A stretch of 42,551 nucleotides of DNA from a virus (Duplodnaviria; Caudoviricetes). Of this stretch, positions 26,266 to 35,598 are shown in pieces (position 1 is the first letter of the stretch; each line of letters starts with the position of its first letter). The translations under genes were made by a program, and so were the position numbers. The stretch covers positions 1 to 42,551 of IMG/VR virus record IMGVR_UViG_3300005326_000706. One strand, 5' to 3'. A model generated the notes under the pieces. That model was not told the DNA's origin. It made no database searches and saw nothing but the letters and a program-made list of their open reading frames with translations.

Positions 26266-27207
26266 ATGAGAAAAATTCAGTGGTTCGACTTTGCGCGCCT
26301 TCGGATTTTGGCCTTCCTGGCGCTTTTGATGGTTTTTGCGCTCGCCTGCGGGAATGCCCATGCCTACGTCGTAAAACAGGGCTGGGCGAGGGTTTCGGCC
26401 GTGGCGGGAGAGGCCCTGGCTACAGGGCAGGTCGTATGCCTCAAGGATGCCGACGGGAAGGCGTACAAGGCCGATGCAAACGATACGGCGCTTCGGCCGT
26501 CTCTGGGTATCGTGGGGAAGGCGGCGGCTTCGGGCGAAAGCGTTGAAATCATCGTGCTTGGCGTCCTCTCCGGATGGACGAGCCAAAGCGAAGGGGTAAA
26601 CGTCTATCTGAGCGAGACGGCGGGAGCGGTGACGCAGTCGGCCCCGACCTATGCCCAAGTGGTGGGCGTTGCCCTGAGCACCACGGAAACCCTGTTCAAC
26701 TTCAGAAATTACCAGGACACCAGCACACTCACGGCCCTTGGAACCCTCACGGGGGCAACCCCCATCATCCTCGAAGGGGCGACTGCGAACGACTTTGAAA
26801 CGACCATCTCACCGACCGACCCGACGGCAGATCGAACGATCACCGTACCGGATAAGTCGGTGACGCTGGCCTCGACTGTTCTGGTCGTGACCGCGGACGC
26901 CAATGGAAAGAGCGTGGCTGCGGCTGAGGCAGGCGATATGCAGAGCTGCGGGGGAGCCGGAGTCTGGGCGCTTCCCGAGGCAAGCACCTGCATCGGCTGC
27001 ATCTTTGATCTCGCTGTGACGGCCGCGGCGAATGTGGATATCAACCCGGCCGACGGCGATTTGATCCTGGGGCTGACCGATGCGGCAGGGGATGCCATTC
27101 GGTGCGCCGCTGCAGGGGGATCTATTCGGTTGGCCGTGCTCGATGCCACGAATATCGTCGCGCTCGGGGCCTATTGCCCCGGCGGGGCCTGGGCCGACGT
27201 AAATTAA
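26266..27207 (+). CDS. Capsid decoration/cement-like protein (DUF2190-like) with apparent signal peptide
   Basis: 'AGEALATGQVV...DGKAYKADA...GI...AAASGE.V...G...VYLS..AG' cement-like; basic-hydrophobic-AHA leader. Confidence 0.7.
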   Translation: MRKIQWFDFARLRILAFLALLMVFALACGNAHAYVVKQGWARVSAVAGEALATGQVVCLKDADGKAYKADANDTALRPSLGIVGKAAASGESVEIIVLGVLSGWTSQSEGVNVYLSETAGAVTQSAPTYAQVVGVALSTTETLFNFRNYQDTSTLTALGTLTGATPIILEGATANDFETTISPTDPTADRTITVPDKSVTLASTVLVVTADANGKSVAAAEAGDMQSCGGAGVWALPEASTCIGCIFDLAVTAAANVDINPADGDLILGLTDAAGDAIRCAAAGGSIRLAVLDATNIVALGAYCPGGAWADVN

Positions 27208-27221
27208 CCGTAAGCGATTTC

Positions 27222-27247
27222 GTAGGGGCGGGGTTTATCCCCGCCCT
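27222..27247 (+). repeat. GTAG-type REP-like palindrome
   Basis: GTAG followed by GGGCGGGG-ttta-t-CCCCGCCC. Confidence 0.55.
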
Positions 27248-27261
27248 CAAAAGGGATCAGC

Positions 27262-27963
27262 ATGGCCGATCTGCAGGACTACCTCGACGCCCTAGGAAGC
27301 CTGGTACCGGGAACCCATCCCCTGGGAGATGCGGAAAAAACCAAGGCGGTGGGCAAGGCCCTTGCCACACACAGTAAGTACAAACCCCTGCGGATCGTTG
27401 AGGACGTAATCGGAACGGGCGAAGCCGGTTACGCCCTGAGCGATCTTTTGAGCGCCTGGGATGAGGATTTTTCGGGCATCCAGGATGTGCAATGCCCGGT
27501 CGATGCGGACGGGCGGGGCGAGTCGTTGGATGCCGGAGACTGGGACGTGATCGAACGCCCCACGGGGAAATCGCTTTTGTTCTCCGCAAATGTCCCGGCG
27601 CAAGAGGCGACTTTTCGTGTGATCTACACGGCCCGCCACGGCTTTACCGGAGAAGATGACGCCTCGACTGTTCCGGCCGCAGACGAAGAGGCTGTGCACT
27701 CCCTTGCGGCAAGCTTTTACTGCCGCATGCTGGCTGCGGCCTACGCCCAGGACCAGGATTCGACCATTCATGCCGACTCCGTGGATCACAGCTCTAAGAG
27801 GCGCGAGTACGAAGCCCAGGCAGCCAAGTATCGGGCAGAGTACGACGAGCACATTGGGGCCGGGAAGAAAGAGACCCTTCGCCCGGCCTGCCGCATCCAG
27901 GACCAGGACGTCTCTTACCCGTGGGGATCGGACCGGCTGACCCATCCTTCGAGGTGGAGATAG
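27262..27963 (+). CDS. Head-tail adaptor candidate
   Basis: Position after the capsid genes; 233 aa. Confidence 0.6.
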   Translation: MADLQDYLDALGSLVPGTHPLGDAEKTKAVGKALATHSKYKPLRIVEDVIGTGEAGYALSDLLSAWDEDFSGIQDVQCPVDADGRGESLDAGDWDVIERPTGKSLLFSANVPAQEATFRVIYTARHGFTGEDDASTVPAADEEAVHSLAASFYCRMLAAAYAQDQDSTIHADSVDHSSKRREYEAQAAKYRAEYDEHIGAGKKETLRPACRIQDQDVSYPWGSDRLTHPSRWR

Positions 27964-27966
27964 GCG

Positions 27967-28473
27967 ATGGAGTTTGAAGTTTCCATCTCGGATGAGGGCG
28001 CAACGCGATTCCTCGAACAGCTTCCCCAGGCTCTTCAGGATGAGGCGGAGGCGACGCTTCTTTTTGTTTTGGCAAGGCTTGAAAAGGAAGTGGTCGAGAA
28101 AACTCCCCGCGGCGTGGGCGGTGAGGCCGGGCTTGCGGGATCGTGGGCGGGCGAGGTCGTACGATACGGAGAGGGAGTCATGGGCGTTTTTGGAACGCCC
28201 TTTGAGTACGCAGAGCCTGTCGAGCTTGGACGAAAACCCGGCAAGAGGCCCCCGACTGAGCCCCTGGTGCTTTGGGCCAGGCGCAAGCTCGGGCTCGATG
28301 AAAGGCAAGCCAAACGGGCCGCTTACGTCATTGCTCGGGCCATCGGCAAGCGCGGGATAGAAGGACACTTCATGCTGCGCGATTCCTGGACGATGCTCGA
28401 GCCCTGGATACGCGATGAGCTCGAAGGCATCCCCGATCGGGCGCAAAGGAGAGTGAGCGGTGGGGCTTTCTGA
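27967..28473 (+). CDS. Neck protein (HK97 gp10/Mu gpG-like)
   Basis: 'TPRG...L..SW...YAEPVELGRKPG...IARAIGKRG'. Confidence 0.8.
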   Translation: MEFEVSISDEGATRFLEQLPQALQDEAEATLLFVLARLEKEVVEKTPRGVGGEAGLAGSWAGEVVRYGEGVMGVFGTPFEYAEPVELGRKPGKRPPTEPLVLWARRKLGLDERQAKRAAYVIARAIGKRGIEGHFMLRDSWTMLEPWIRDELEGIPDRAQRRVSGGAF

Positions 28474-28912
28474 CATTCGGACAAGGATAAAAGGGCTTCT
28501 TCTGGGAGTCGATGGGATCGAGATCGTCCATGAATACAGGCGATACGCAAGCAATTGGGGGAAGCTTCTCGAGCTTTTTAAAACTGACGGGGGGATCATC
28601 CACGGCTGGATGATCAGCAGATCCGGCGTCGGTTCGGAGCGGCACAACAGCAAGATGTGCGATCGCAACCACACCGTGACCTTAACCGGCATCTACGGCC
28701 TGGACGATGCCGGAGGATCTGAGCTTGTGTTCCAGCGTATCATCGAGGACCTCCTGGACGCCGTCGAGACGGACAAGACCCTCGGCAAAACCGTCCAGGA
28801 ATGCAGCCCGGCAAAGACCGCCATAATAGAGACAAGAATGTTCGGCAATGTGCTCTGCCACTATGCAGAGCTCGTTGTCTCCGTCACGGAGATCGTGACG
28901 CCAACCAGCTAA
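28460..28912 (+). CDS. Tail completion/terminator protein
   Basis: Position before the tail tube; 'FGNVLCHYAEL'. Confidence 0.65.
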   Translation: MGLSDIRTRIKGLLLGVDGIEIVHEYRRYASNWGKLLELFKTDGGIIHGWMISRSGVGSERHNSKMCDRNHTVTLTGIYGLDDAGGSELVFQRIIEDLLDAVETDKTLGKTVQECSPAKTAIIETRMFGNVLCHYAELVVSVTEIVTPTS

Positions 28913-28924
28913 GGAGAACGATCC

Positions 28925-29893
28925 ATGGCCATCGCATCATCTGCAGACAACATCCGTTTTAACGGCACGGGCATTGCTTATGCCGCAGCGGTCGCCTCCG
29001 CCAACCCGGGGGCGGACATGGGAGAGCTCGAAAACTTTTCCTTCAGTCAGGCCGTTTCGAAGGACCAGGTCAAAAGCACCCGCAACGCCGCGCGCGGAAC
29101 AATCCTCGAGGCGGTGAAGGAGACCGACGCAACGCTCAAATGGGGTCTGCGCGAGCAGACGGACGAAAACCTCAAAATGGCTCTCATGGCCGCCTCCGTG
29201 AGCACGGCCAACCAGACGGCGGACGGGGTCTATCAGACCACCCAGACCTGGGTGGCGGACGAGTATATCGATCTCGGGAAATTGGATGTGGTTTCAACCA
29301 AGCTCAACCACGGAACGGTTACGGGAGGGCCCTTTGTTATCGGCGAAATAATAGCCCAAGCTGATCCGGTGGCGGAAGGAAAGATCGCCTTTGTGGGCGC
29401 CGGTTTCATTGAGGTGGTGGAGGTCTCCGGGGCATTCACCGCCGGTGAAGCCGTCACGGTTGCGGCCAAGTCGGCCACCCTTACGGGGGTTGCCACCCTT
29501 CGGGACGCGGTGATCACCAGCGCGGACGGCGCCACCCGCAGGGCGCAGGGTACGGATTATACCATCGAGCCGCGTGCCGGATACGCCAGGAAACTCACGG
29601 GAGGGGGCGTCCTCAATACCGACAAGGTCTCCTTCGACTGGCCGGCGGTAGCCAAAAAAGTGCTTTACGGCCTCTCCGCCAGCACCGTGCAGCGCAAAGT
29701 GACGTTTGTGACCGACCCTGACGATTACGGCCCTCGCAAGCGCTACACGTTCCACAAGGTGTCCGTCTCAACGGACGGCGAGCAGGATCTTTTGGGGGAC
29801 GGAACCGAGCTCCTCAAATGCTCCGGGACCGTGATTCGGGACACCAGTCAGCCCGCGGGAGAAGAGTATTACAAGCTCGAGATCCTGGGGTAA
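28925..29893 (+). CDS. Major tail tube protein
   Basis: AAGGAG RBS; beta-rich; 'L.E.T.ENLKMAL', 'GTDYTI..RAG'. Confidence 0.75.
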   Translation: MAIASSADNIRFNGTGIAYAAAVASANPGADMGELENFSFSQAVSKDQVKSTRNAARGTILEAVKETDATLKWGLREQTDENLKMALMAASVSTANQTADGVYQTTQTWVADEYIDLGKLDVVSTKLNHGTVTGGPFVIGEIIAQADPVAEGKIAFVGAGFIEVVEVSGAFTAGEAVTVAAKSATLTGVATLRDAVITSADGATRRAQGTDYTIEPRAGYARKLTGGGVLNTDKVSFDWPAVAKKVLYGLSASTVQRKVTFVTDPDDYGPRKRYTFHKVSVSTDGEQDLLGDGTELLKCSGTVIRDTSQPAGEEYYKLEILG

Positions 29894-29942
29894 GCACATA
29901 CCAGCCGCCTGTTCATTACGGCGTTTTTAAAAGGGGTATCTC

Positions 29943-30218
29943 ATGACCAAAGCAGACTTGATCCAGCGCATGGCGGAAGGTGCCGGAATCACCAAGGCCC
30001 AGGCTGAGCGGGCCTTGAGCGCCTTCGAAACGGCAGTAACGGACACCGTGGCCGCGGGCGGCAAGGTGACACTGGTTGGGTTCGGCACTTTCGCTGTCTC
30101 GGAAAGATCCGCCCGCACGGGTAGGAATCCCAGGACGGGCGAGGAGATCGCCATCGGGGAGAGGCGGGTCGTCAAATTCCGGCCCGGGAAAGAGCTTTCG
30201 GAGCGAGTGGCCGGGTGA
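29943..30218 (+). CDS. hup: HU-family DNA-binding protein
   Basis: 'MTKADLI...VTLVGFGTFAVSERSARTGRNPRTGEEI.I..RRVVKFRPGKEL'. Confidence 0.95.
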   Translation: MTKADLIQRMAEGAGITKAQAERALSAFETAVTDTVAAGGKVTLVGFGTFAVSERSARTGRNPRTGEEIAIGERRVVKFRPGKELSERVAG

Positions 30219-30266
30219 TTTTGCACGCAATCTTTGCATTTAATCCAAGAAGATTTCGGAGGGGAC

Positions 30267-30665
30267 ATGGCGCCCGATGATGAAATGAAAGAGCTTTTGA
30301 CCCTCATCCCCGGATCGGAAGAGCTTGAGGCGGGGGGTGAAAAGGTCACCGTCGCTTCGTTCAAGGTCCGGCAGATACCGAAGGTTTTGACCCCGCTCAA
30401 AAGCCTCGGGAAATACGTCAATGGGGACGACCTCGACTTCGACGGGCTTCTCACCGAGGGGCTCGAGCACCTTGCGGCCGTGGTGGGAGCGGCGGTTGAT
30501 CGCCCGGCCGAGTGGGTCTTAGACCTTTCGCTTTCCGACCTGGTCCGGCTCGCCACGGCGGTGCTGGAGGCGAACAAGGATTTTTTCAGCCAGGCCGCCC
30601 CGCTACTAAAAAGTCTCGGCGGCGCGGTGGCCGCATCCGCTGGGCGGACGTCTTCCAGACACTGA
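30267..30665 (+). CDS. Tail assembly chaperone (G)
   Basis: GGAGG RBS; between tube and tape measure; 'EANKDFF' motif. Confidence 0.75.
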   Translation: MAPDDEMKELLTLIPGSEELEAGGEKVTVASFKVRQIPKVLTPLKSLGKYVNGDDLDFDGLLTEGLEHLAAVVGAAVDRPAEWVLDLSLSDLVRLATAVLEANKDFFSQAAPLLKSLGGAVAASAGRTSSRH

Positions 30666-30868
30666 TCGGACATGGTCACCGGCCGCTCGATATACCGGAT
30701 TACACCCTGCCCCAGGTGAGGGCGTATCTCGGGGCCGTAGCGAGACTCTCTGCCGAGCGGGACCTCATGCGGTTAAGACTCGGTCTTGTGGCCGCAAGGG
30801 GCGCAAAAGACGCCGTGGGGGAGATGGCCAAGACTCTCGAGCGCATCAACGAAGAAGACGACCGATGA
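30581..30868 (+). CDS. -1 frameshift extension of the tail chaperone (GT)
   Basis: Slippery T TTT TTC at 30581-30587; -1 frame open to 30868 ('WADVFQTLIGHGH...IPDYTLPQVRAYL'). Confidence 0.65.
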   Translation, partial: FFQPGRPATKKSRRRGGRIRWADVFQTLIGHGHRPLDIPDYTLPQVRAYLGAVARLSAERDLMRLRLGLVAARGAKDAVGEMAKTLERINEEDDR

Positions 30869-31067
30869 GGGCCGCGAAGAGCCCTGCGGCAAGCACTGCA
30901 AACGCAAGGCAAACCGCGACCACTACGGGGGCCATAGCCAGGCGGACGGCCCCCGGTTCGCGGATGAACAGCCCCAGGAATCCGATGGACCCGGCCCACC
31001 AGAACAATAGAGAAAGCCAGTGGTCCAGCAAAAAGGCGAAGAGGCGATAGGAAAGCGGGGGACGCAT
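30846..31067 (-). CDS. Small antisense-oriented membrane protein (moron-like)
   Basis: GGGAGGT RBS; two hydrophobic helices; fills the gap before the tape measure gene. Confidence 0.6.
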   Translation of the reverse strand: MRPPLSYRLFAFLLDHWLSLLFWWAGSIGFLGLFIREPGAVRLAMAPVVVAVCLAFAVLAAGLFAALIGRLLR

Positions 31068-31094
31068 GAGCGGACCTCCCTTCATGGGTGATGC

Positions 31095-34000
31095 ATGGCG
31101 GACGATAAAAAGCTCAAAGTAAGCATTCAGGTGGAAACGGATGAGGCCGGAAATAATGTAAGCCGCCTGAAGGCCAAGTACAACGAGATGGTCCTGGAGA
31201 TCAAGAAGCCTCTTGGCCAGATCGATGCGTTCTCCGCCCTGCGAAAGGAGGTGCTCGAAACACAGCGAGCCCTTCGGGATGCCCAGACGCGGGTGAAGGA
31301 GCTCGCCCGCGAGGTCAAATCCTCGGAATCCAAGACCGGAGATCTCAAAACCGGCTTCGAGAAAGCAAAAGATGAGGTCGAGGCCGCAAAGGCACGGGTA
31401 AAAGAGCTCGCTACCGAAATCCAGACGTCTAAATCGAAGTCAGATGATCTCAAGACCGGCTTCGAGAAGGCAAAAGATGAGGTCAAGGCCGCGAAGGATC
31501 GGGTAAGAGAGCTTTCAGGTGAACTTCAGGCTTCGGAAACCAAAACAAGAGAGCTCAAGGGAAATTTTTCCAAGGCAAAAGACGAGGTCAAATCCTTAAC
31601 GGATACCTCTGCACGCCAGAGAGAGGAGATCGGCAAGCTCAAATCCTCCCTTCAGGCGGCAGGCGTCGACACATCGAAGCTCGTCACGGAAAAGGTCAAG
31701 CTGGAAAAGGCATTAAAGGACACCACGGCGGCCTTCCGCGGTGAGGCGGCCGTAGCCAATGCCAGGGACGATCTCGGCCTCAAATCCCACCAGAGTCTTC
31801 GCCAGGAGATCGACCGGCTCAAAGCATCCTACATCACGCTTAAATCTTCCGGCACTCTCTCTATGACGGAGCTTGCCCAGGCGAAGCTTCGGCTCGGTGA
31901 CCGCATCCGCGAGCTCGGGGAGCAGCAAAACGGGTGGGTCACGAGTATCGAGAAGGCCAAGGTGGCCGCGGCCTCGTTCGTAGGAACACTCTTGTTGATT
32001 AGGGGGGTAACCTCGGCCTTCTCGGACTTCGGACAAAAGATGGCCGAGGTGAACACCCTCCTTAACCTGAGCGAGAAAGATTACGGAACCCTCAAAGAGA
32101 CCATCCTGGATCTATCCACCCGTATTCCCCAAAGCGCTGAGGGATTGGCTGCGGCGGCCTACGATCTGGTGAGCTCAGGTGTTGCCCTGAAGGATCTTCC
32201 CACGGCGCTTGAGCTTTCGGCCAAAGCGGCCATTGCGGGGGTGACCGACACAAAGACGGCGGTCAACGCCGGAATGGGCGTCATCAATGCCTACGGCAAA
32301 CAGATGGGAGAGCTCGGGAACGTCTACGACGTTCTTTTCCAGGTCGTGAAAGACGGGGTTACCACATTCCCCGAGCTGGCCCATCATATCGGAGATGTGC
32401 TCCCCATCGCGCGGGCCGCCGGAGTCGACATAACCGAGGTGGGAGCCGCCATAGGCCAGCTTACGAAGGCCGGGATACGGACGCCGCAGGCCGTGACGGC
32501 GCTCAAAGGGGCCATCCAGCAGCTCTCCATGCCGACAGGTGAAGCCAAAAAGGAAATGAACGCCCTGGGGATCACCTGGGAAGGCCTGATCAAAACCCTC
32601 TCCAAGATCAAGTCCCTCAACCTGGATAACGAAACGCTTAGGAAGATCATTCCGGATGTGGAAGGCCTTACGGGGGTCTTGAGCCTCACTCAGAATTACG
32701 AGGGGCTTATCGAGATCCTTGGCCACGTGAAGGATGCGGCAGGCTCGACTGAAGAGGCCTACGGCATCATGGACAAAACCCCAGCGAGCAAGGTGCAGCT
32801 GCTCGAGAACGCCTTTTTCCGGTTGAAAGAGGCGCTTGGCGCCGATGTGAACCCTGTGGTTGGTGAGGTCACCAGGAGTATCACTGACCTTCTGAATAGC
32901 CTGGCCAATCTGGCCAAGGTTAAGCCGGGCTTGACCGGGCTTTTTCTCGCCTTGATCACCGGAGTTGCAAGTTTGGGTGCGCTTCGGCTCGCAGGATCGA
33001 CGCTCTTCCTCGTATTCGGCCAGGGCGTGGGAGTGCTGGCCCATGTTAAAAACGGGCTCACTCTCGCGTTTCAGTCCGCGGTGCCGCTTCTTACGACCAT
33101 ACAAAACGGCGTTCCGACCCTGAGCCGCTTTCGCGCTTCCCTCCTGGCTCTGGGGTCGGTCCTGATCGTGGCGTTCACCTTTGATCGGCTCTCGGAGCTC
33201 GCGAAGCTCTTCGGCGAGTACGTGGAGCTCCAGAAAGGGATCGATAAGGTAAGCGCCGCCTACAAGAAATCCGCCGAGGAATTCGAGGCCTACAAGGATA
33301 CGAAGATCAAGGGCTTTGATGAGCTCAAGGCCAAAAGCGCAGATGCGCTTCAGGCCGAATACGAAAACCTTCAAAAGACCTTCTCCTACTGGAATCGATA
33401 CCAGCAGGCCCTTGAGGTGAAATCCCAAGAGAGATCCTTGGGCGGCCTCTTTAAGACCGAAGAAGCCGAGGCCGCCGAAAAGGAACTCGAAGGGGTCAAT
33501 GCAAAGATCGGCGAGATCACCAAAGGGTTTGGCGATGTGGGACGGGCGGCCAAAGAGAACAATGTGACTCTTGTGGATTTCCGGGAGAAGGCCGCAGCGG
33601 CAGGAGATTCCGCAGCGGCTGCCGGAGACAAGGCAAAAAAAGGGGGGAAGGATACTGAGGCCGCCAATAAAGCCGCCAAGGAAGCGGTTGAGGCACTGGG
33701 GAAAGAATTTGATTCTGCCGGCCGCGAGATGGCCAACGCTTACGATTTTGCGGCCCAGCAGGCTAAAGCCCTGGCATCGGATGAAAAGACCGGAGCCCAG
33801 GCCGCTCTCGAGATCTACAGGCAGAAGGCCGACACCCTGATAGGCGAGGCCAACCGCGAGTACGCGACAAAATTGGCGGTGCTTCAAAAAGAGGGTGCCG
33901 ACGAAAAGACCTACACCGAGACGGCTAAGCTGCTCGCCCGGGAGCTCAGGAGCGCCAGGATCAGCGCCCTTGAGGATTATAGATCCAAGCTCCAGCAAAC

Positions 34001-35156
34001 TTACATGGAAGCCATATCGGAGGAAAACCGGCTCAAGGAAAAGGTGCAGAGCATCACCAGCGAAATCGCCTCCTCCCGTTCCTCGCTCGAGGACCGGACG
34101 AGGGAGATGAGCCGGCGCACCATGACCGACCTTGAGGCATGGACGGACAGGCAAAAGGAAGCCTACGAAGATCTCGATAAGGCCGTTTCGGCCTTGAGCC
34201 AGGCCAAGACTCCGGAGGCATACGCCGATGTGGCCAAGCAATTCCAGGAGGCCCAAAGAGAGGCCGAAAGCCTCGTAACCGAGGTGAAGGATGGTGACAA
34301 GACTCTGGTCTCCATGACGGAAGGCTACAACGCTTTCGTCCAGATCGCGCAGCAGGCGCAGTCAGGCTTCGAGCAGGCCAAGCAGAGCGAGTCCGAGGCC
34401 ACACAGCAGCAGATCCAAGGTGTCCAGGAGAAAGGAGCTGCGGCCCTTGCAGAGCTCGAGAAGGTCACAGCCAAGATCAATGAGATCAATGCAACGCCCA
34501 TCGAGCCGACGGCGCGCATCAACGTCGATTCGGCCGAGATAGACGCCAAGCTTGCCGAGATCCAGCAGGACACCTCATCGATCCACACCATCCATGTTCA
34601 GACGGTAGAGGAAAACCATACGGGCGGCCGCATTGGAAAACTGCATTCGGGCGGCGCGGCCTCATCCCTGCCCGGCGTATCGAGCGCCCTCGTCCCCTTG
34701 AAATCAAACGAGCGGCTCTCGAAACTCCTGGTTGATGAGTATGTCTTTCGCCCCGAGGTGACAAAGAAATGGGGCTCGCTTCTCGATACCATAAATTCCG
34801 GAAAGCTTTCGCCGGGCGAATTCGTAAGGCGTTTGCTCAAAAAATACATGCCGGATCTCGACCTCGGGAGCATCCCGAGCTTCCACGTTGGAGGCGCCCT
34901 GGCTGCCGTCCTGCCCAGGGTGAGCTTTAGCCCTGTGGATCTTTTCGGGGATATCAGGCTCCCCGAGATACCCTCCTTCCACGAGGGGGGAGCCATCGCC
35001 GCCGCGGGTCCCGGCTCAGGCGAAACCATCACTCTTCGCCTTCAGGCCGGAGGGGTGGAATTGCCGGTCTCCGTATCCGGCCGCAATCCACGCGGACAGG
35101 TAGCCGAGCTCGTGGCCGAGCTCGAGAAGCTGAGGCTTACCCGTGGCTCTCGCTAA
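31095..35156 (+). CDS. Tape measure protein (TP901-type core)
   Basis: 1353 aa Ala/Lys-rich; 'F...MAEVNTL...LA..AYD..SSG...G.TTF.ELA' core; three ~35-aa N-terminal repeats. Confidence 0.93.
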   Translation: MADDKKLKVSIQVETDEAGNNVSRLKAKYNEMVLEIKKPLGQIDAFSALRKEVLETQRALRDAQTRVKELAREVKSSESKTGDLKTGFEKAKDEVEAAKARVKELATEIQTSKSKSDDLKTGFEKAKDEVKAAKDRVRELSGELQASETKTRELKGNFSKAKDEVKSLTDTSARQREEIGKLKSSLQAAGVDTSKLVTEKVKLEKALKDTTAAFRGEAAVANARDDLGLKSHQSLRQEIDRLKASYITLKSSGTLSMTELAQAKLRLGDRIRELGEQQNGWVTSIEKAKVAAASFVGTLLLIRGVTSAFSDFGQKMAEVNTLLNLSEKDYGTLKETILDLSTRIPQSAEGLAAAAYDLVSSGVALKDLPTALELSAKAAIAGVTDTKTAVNAGMGVINAYGKQMGELGNVYDVLFQVVKDGVTTFPELAHHIGDVLPIARAAGVDITEVGAAIGQLTKAGIRTPQAVTALKGAIQQLSMPTGEAKKEMNALGITWEGLIKTLSKIKSLNLDNETLRKIIPDVEGLTGVLSLTQNYEGLIEILGHVKDAAGSTEEAYGIMDKTPASKVQLLENAFFRLKEALGADVNPVVGEVTRSITDLLNSLANLAKVKPGLTGLFLALITGVASLGALRLAGSTLFLVFGQGVGVLAHVKNGLTLAFQSAVPLLTTIQNGVPTLSRFRASLLALGSVLIVAFTFDRLSELAKLFGEYVELQKGIDKVSAAYKKSAEEFEAYKDTKIKGFDELKAKSADALQAEYENLQKTFSYWNRYQQALEVKSQERSLGGLFKTEEAEAAEKELEGVNAKIGEITKGFGDVGRAAKENNVTLVDFREKAAAAGDSAAAAGDKAKKGGKDTEAANKAAKEAVEALGKEFDSAGREMANAYDFAAQQAKALASDEKTGAQAALEIYRQKADTLIGEANREYATKLAVLQKEGADEKTYTETAKLLARELRSARISALEDYRSKLQQTYMEAISEENRLKEKVQSITSEIASSRSSLEDRTREMSRRTMTDLEAWTDRQKEAYEDLDKAVSALSQAKTPEAYADVAKQFQEAQREAESLVTEVKDGDKTLVSMTEGYNAFVQIAQQAQSGFEQAKQSESEATQQQIQGVQEKGAAALAELEKVTAKINEINATPIEPTARINVDSAEIDAKLAEIQQDTSSIHTIHVQTVEENHTGGRIGKLHSGGAASSLPGVSSALVPLKSNERLSKLLVDEYVFRPEVTKKWGSLLDTINSGKLSPGEFVRRLLKKYMPDLDLGSIPSFHVGGALAAVLPRVSFSPVDLFGDIRLPEIPSFHEGGAIAAAGPGSGETITLRLQAGGVELPVSVSGRNPRGQVAELVAELEKLRLTRGSR

Positions 35157-35595
35157 CTGCGTGCTCTTTTCAACGGAGCGAGGGGCAAGCCTTGCCCCCT
35201 TGAGCCTCGATCCGGCGCCGGCGACGCTGGTGGATCTTGAGTTCGCCCACGTGCACGGAGAGTACTCCCCCGGAGACGGCGCAGGAAAGCGCCGGGGCGG
35301 AAAGACGCAAACGCTTGACGGCGTCGTGGTGCAGGATTTCGGCGTTGTCGTGGCCGATAGCGAGATAGCGCTCTCCATTTCCATGGCCATATCGTCCGCC
35401 CGCATAGCGGTCATGGACGCGGCCTGGGCAGTGCAGGATGGCCTTTGGTACTGGACGGATTCAATCTCGTGCTGGAAGGTGCGCTTTGCCTCCCCCGACG
35501 GCTGGAAGAGGTGGAAGAACCTACTTTTTGCGGCTCAAGGGGACGATGTCTATTCCTTTGAGCTCAAGCTCTGGATCGTTTCGAAGGATCTATAA
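35143..35595 (+). CDS. Distal tail protein candidate
   Basis: 150 aa immediately after the tape measure gene. Confidence 0.6.
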   Translation: MALANCVLFSTERGASLAPLSLDPAPATLVDLEFAHVHGEYSPGDGAGKRRGGKTQTLDGVVVQDFGVVVADSEIALSISMAISSARIAVMDAAWAVQDGLWYWTDSISCWKVRFASPDGWKRWKNLLFAAQGDDVYSFELKLWIVSKDL

Positions 35596-35598
35596 CGA

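Noticed and set aside
27262-30000. Contractile tail sheath/baseplate as in Mu
   Set aside because: No sheath- or baseplate-like genes; layout is siphovirus-type
32175-34256. 693-aa minus-strand ORF and similar long antisense ORFs (24980-26137, 27292-28692)
   Set aside because: Antisense shadows of GC-rich structural genes with no recognisable motifs
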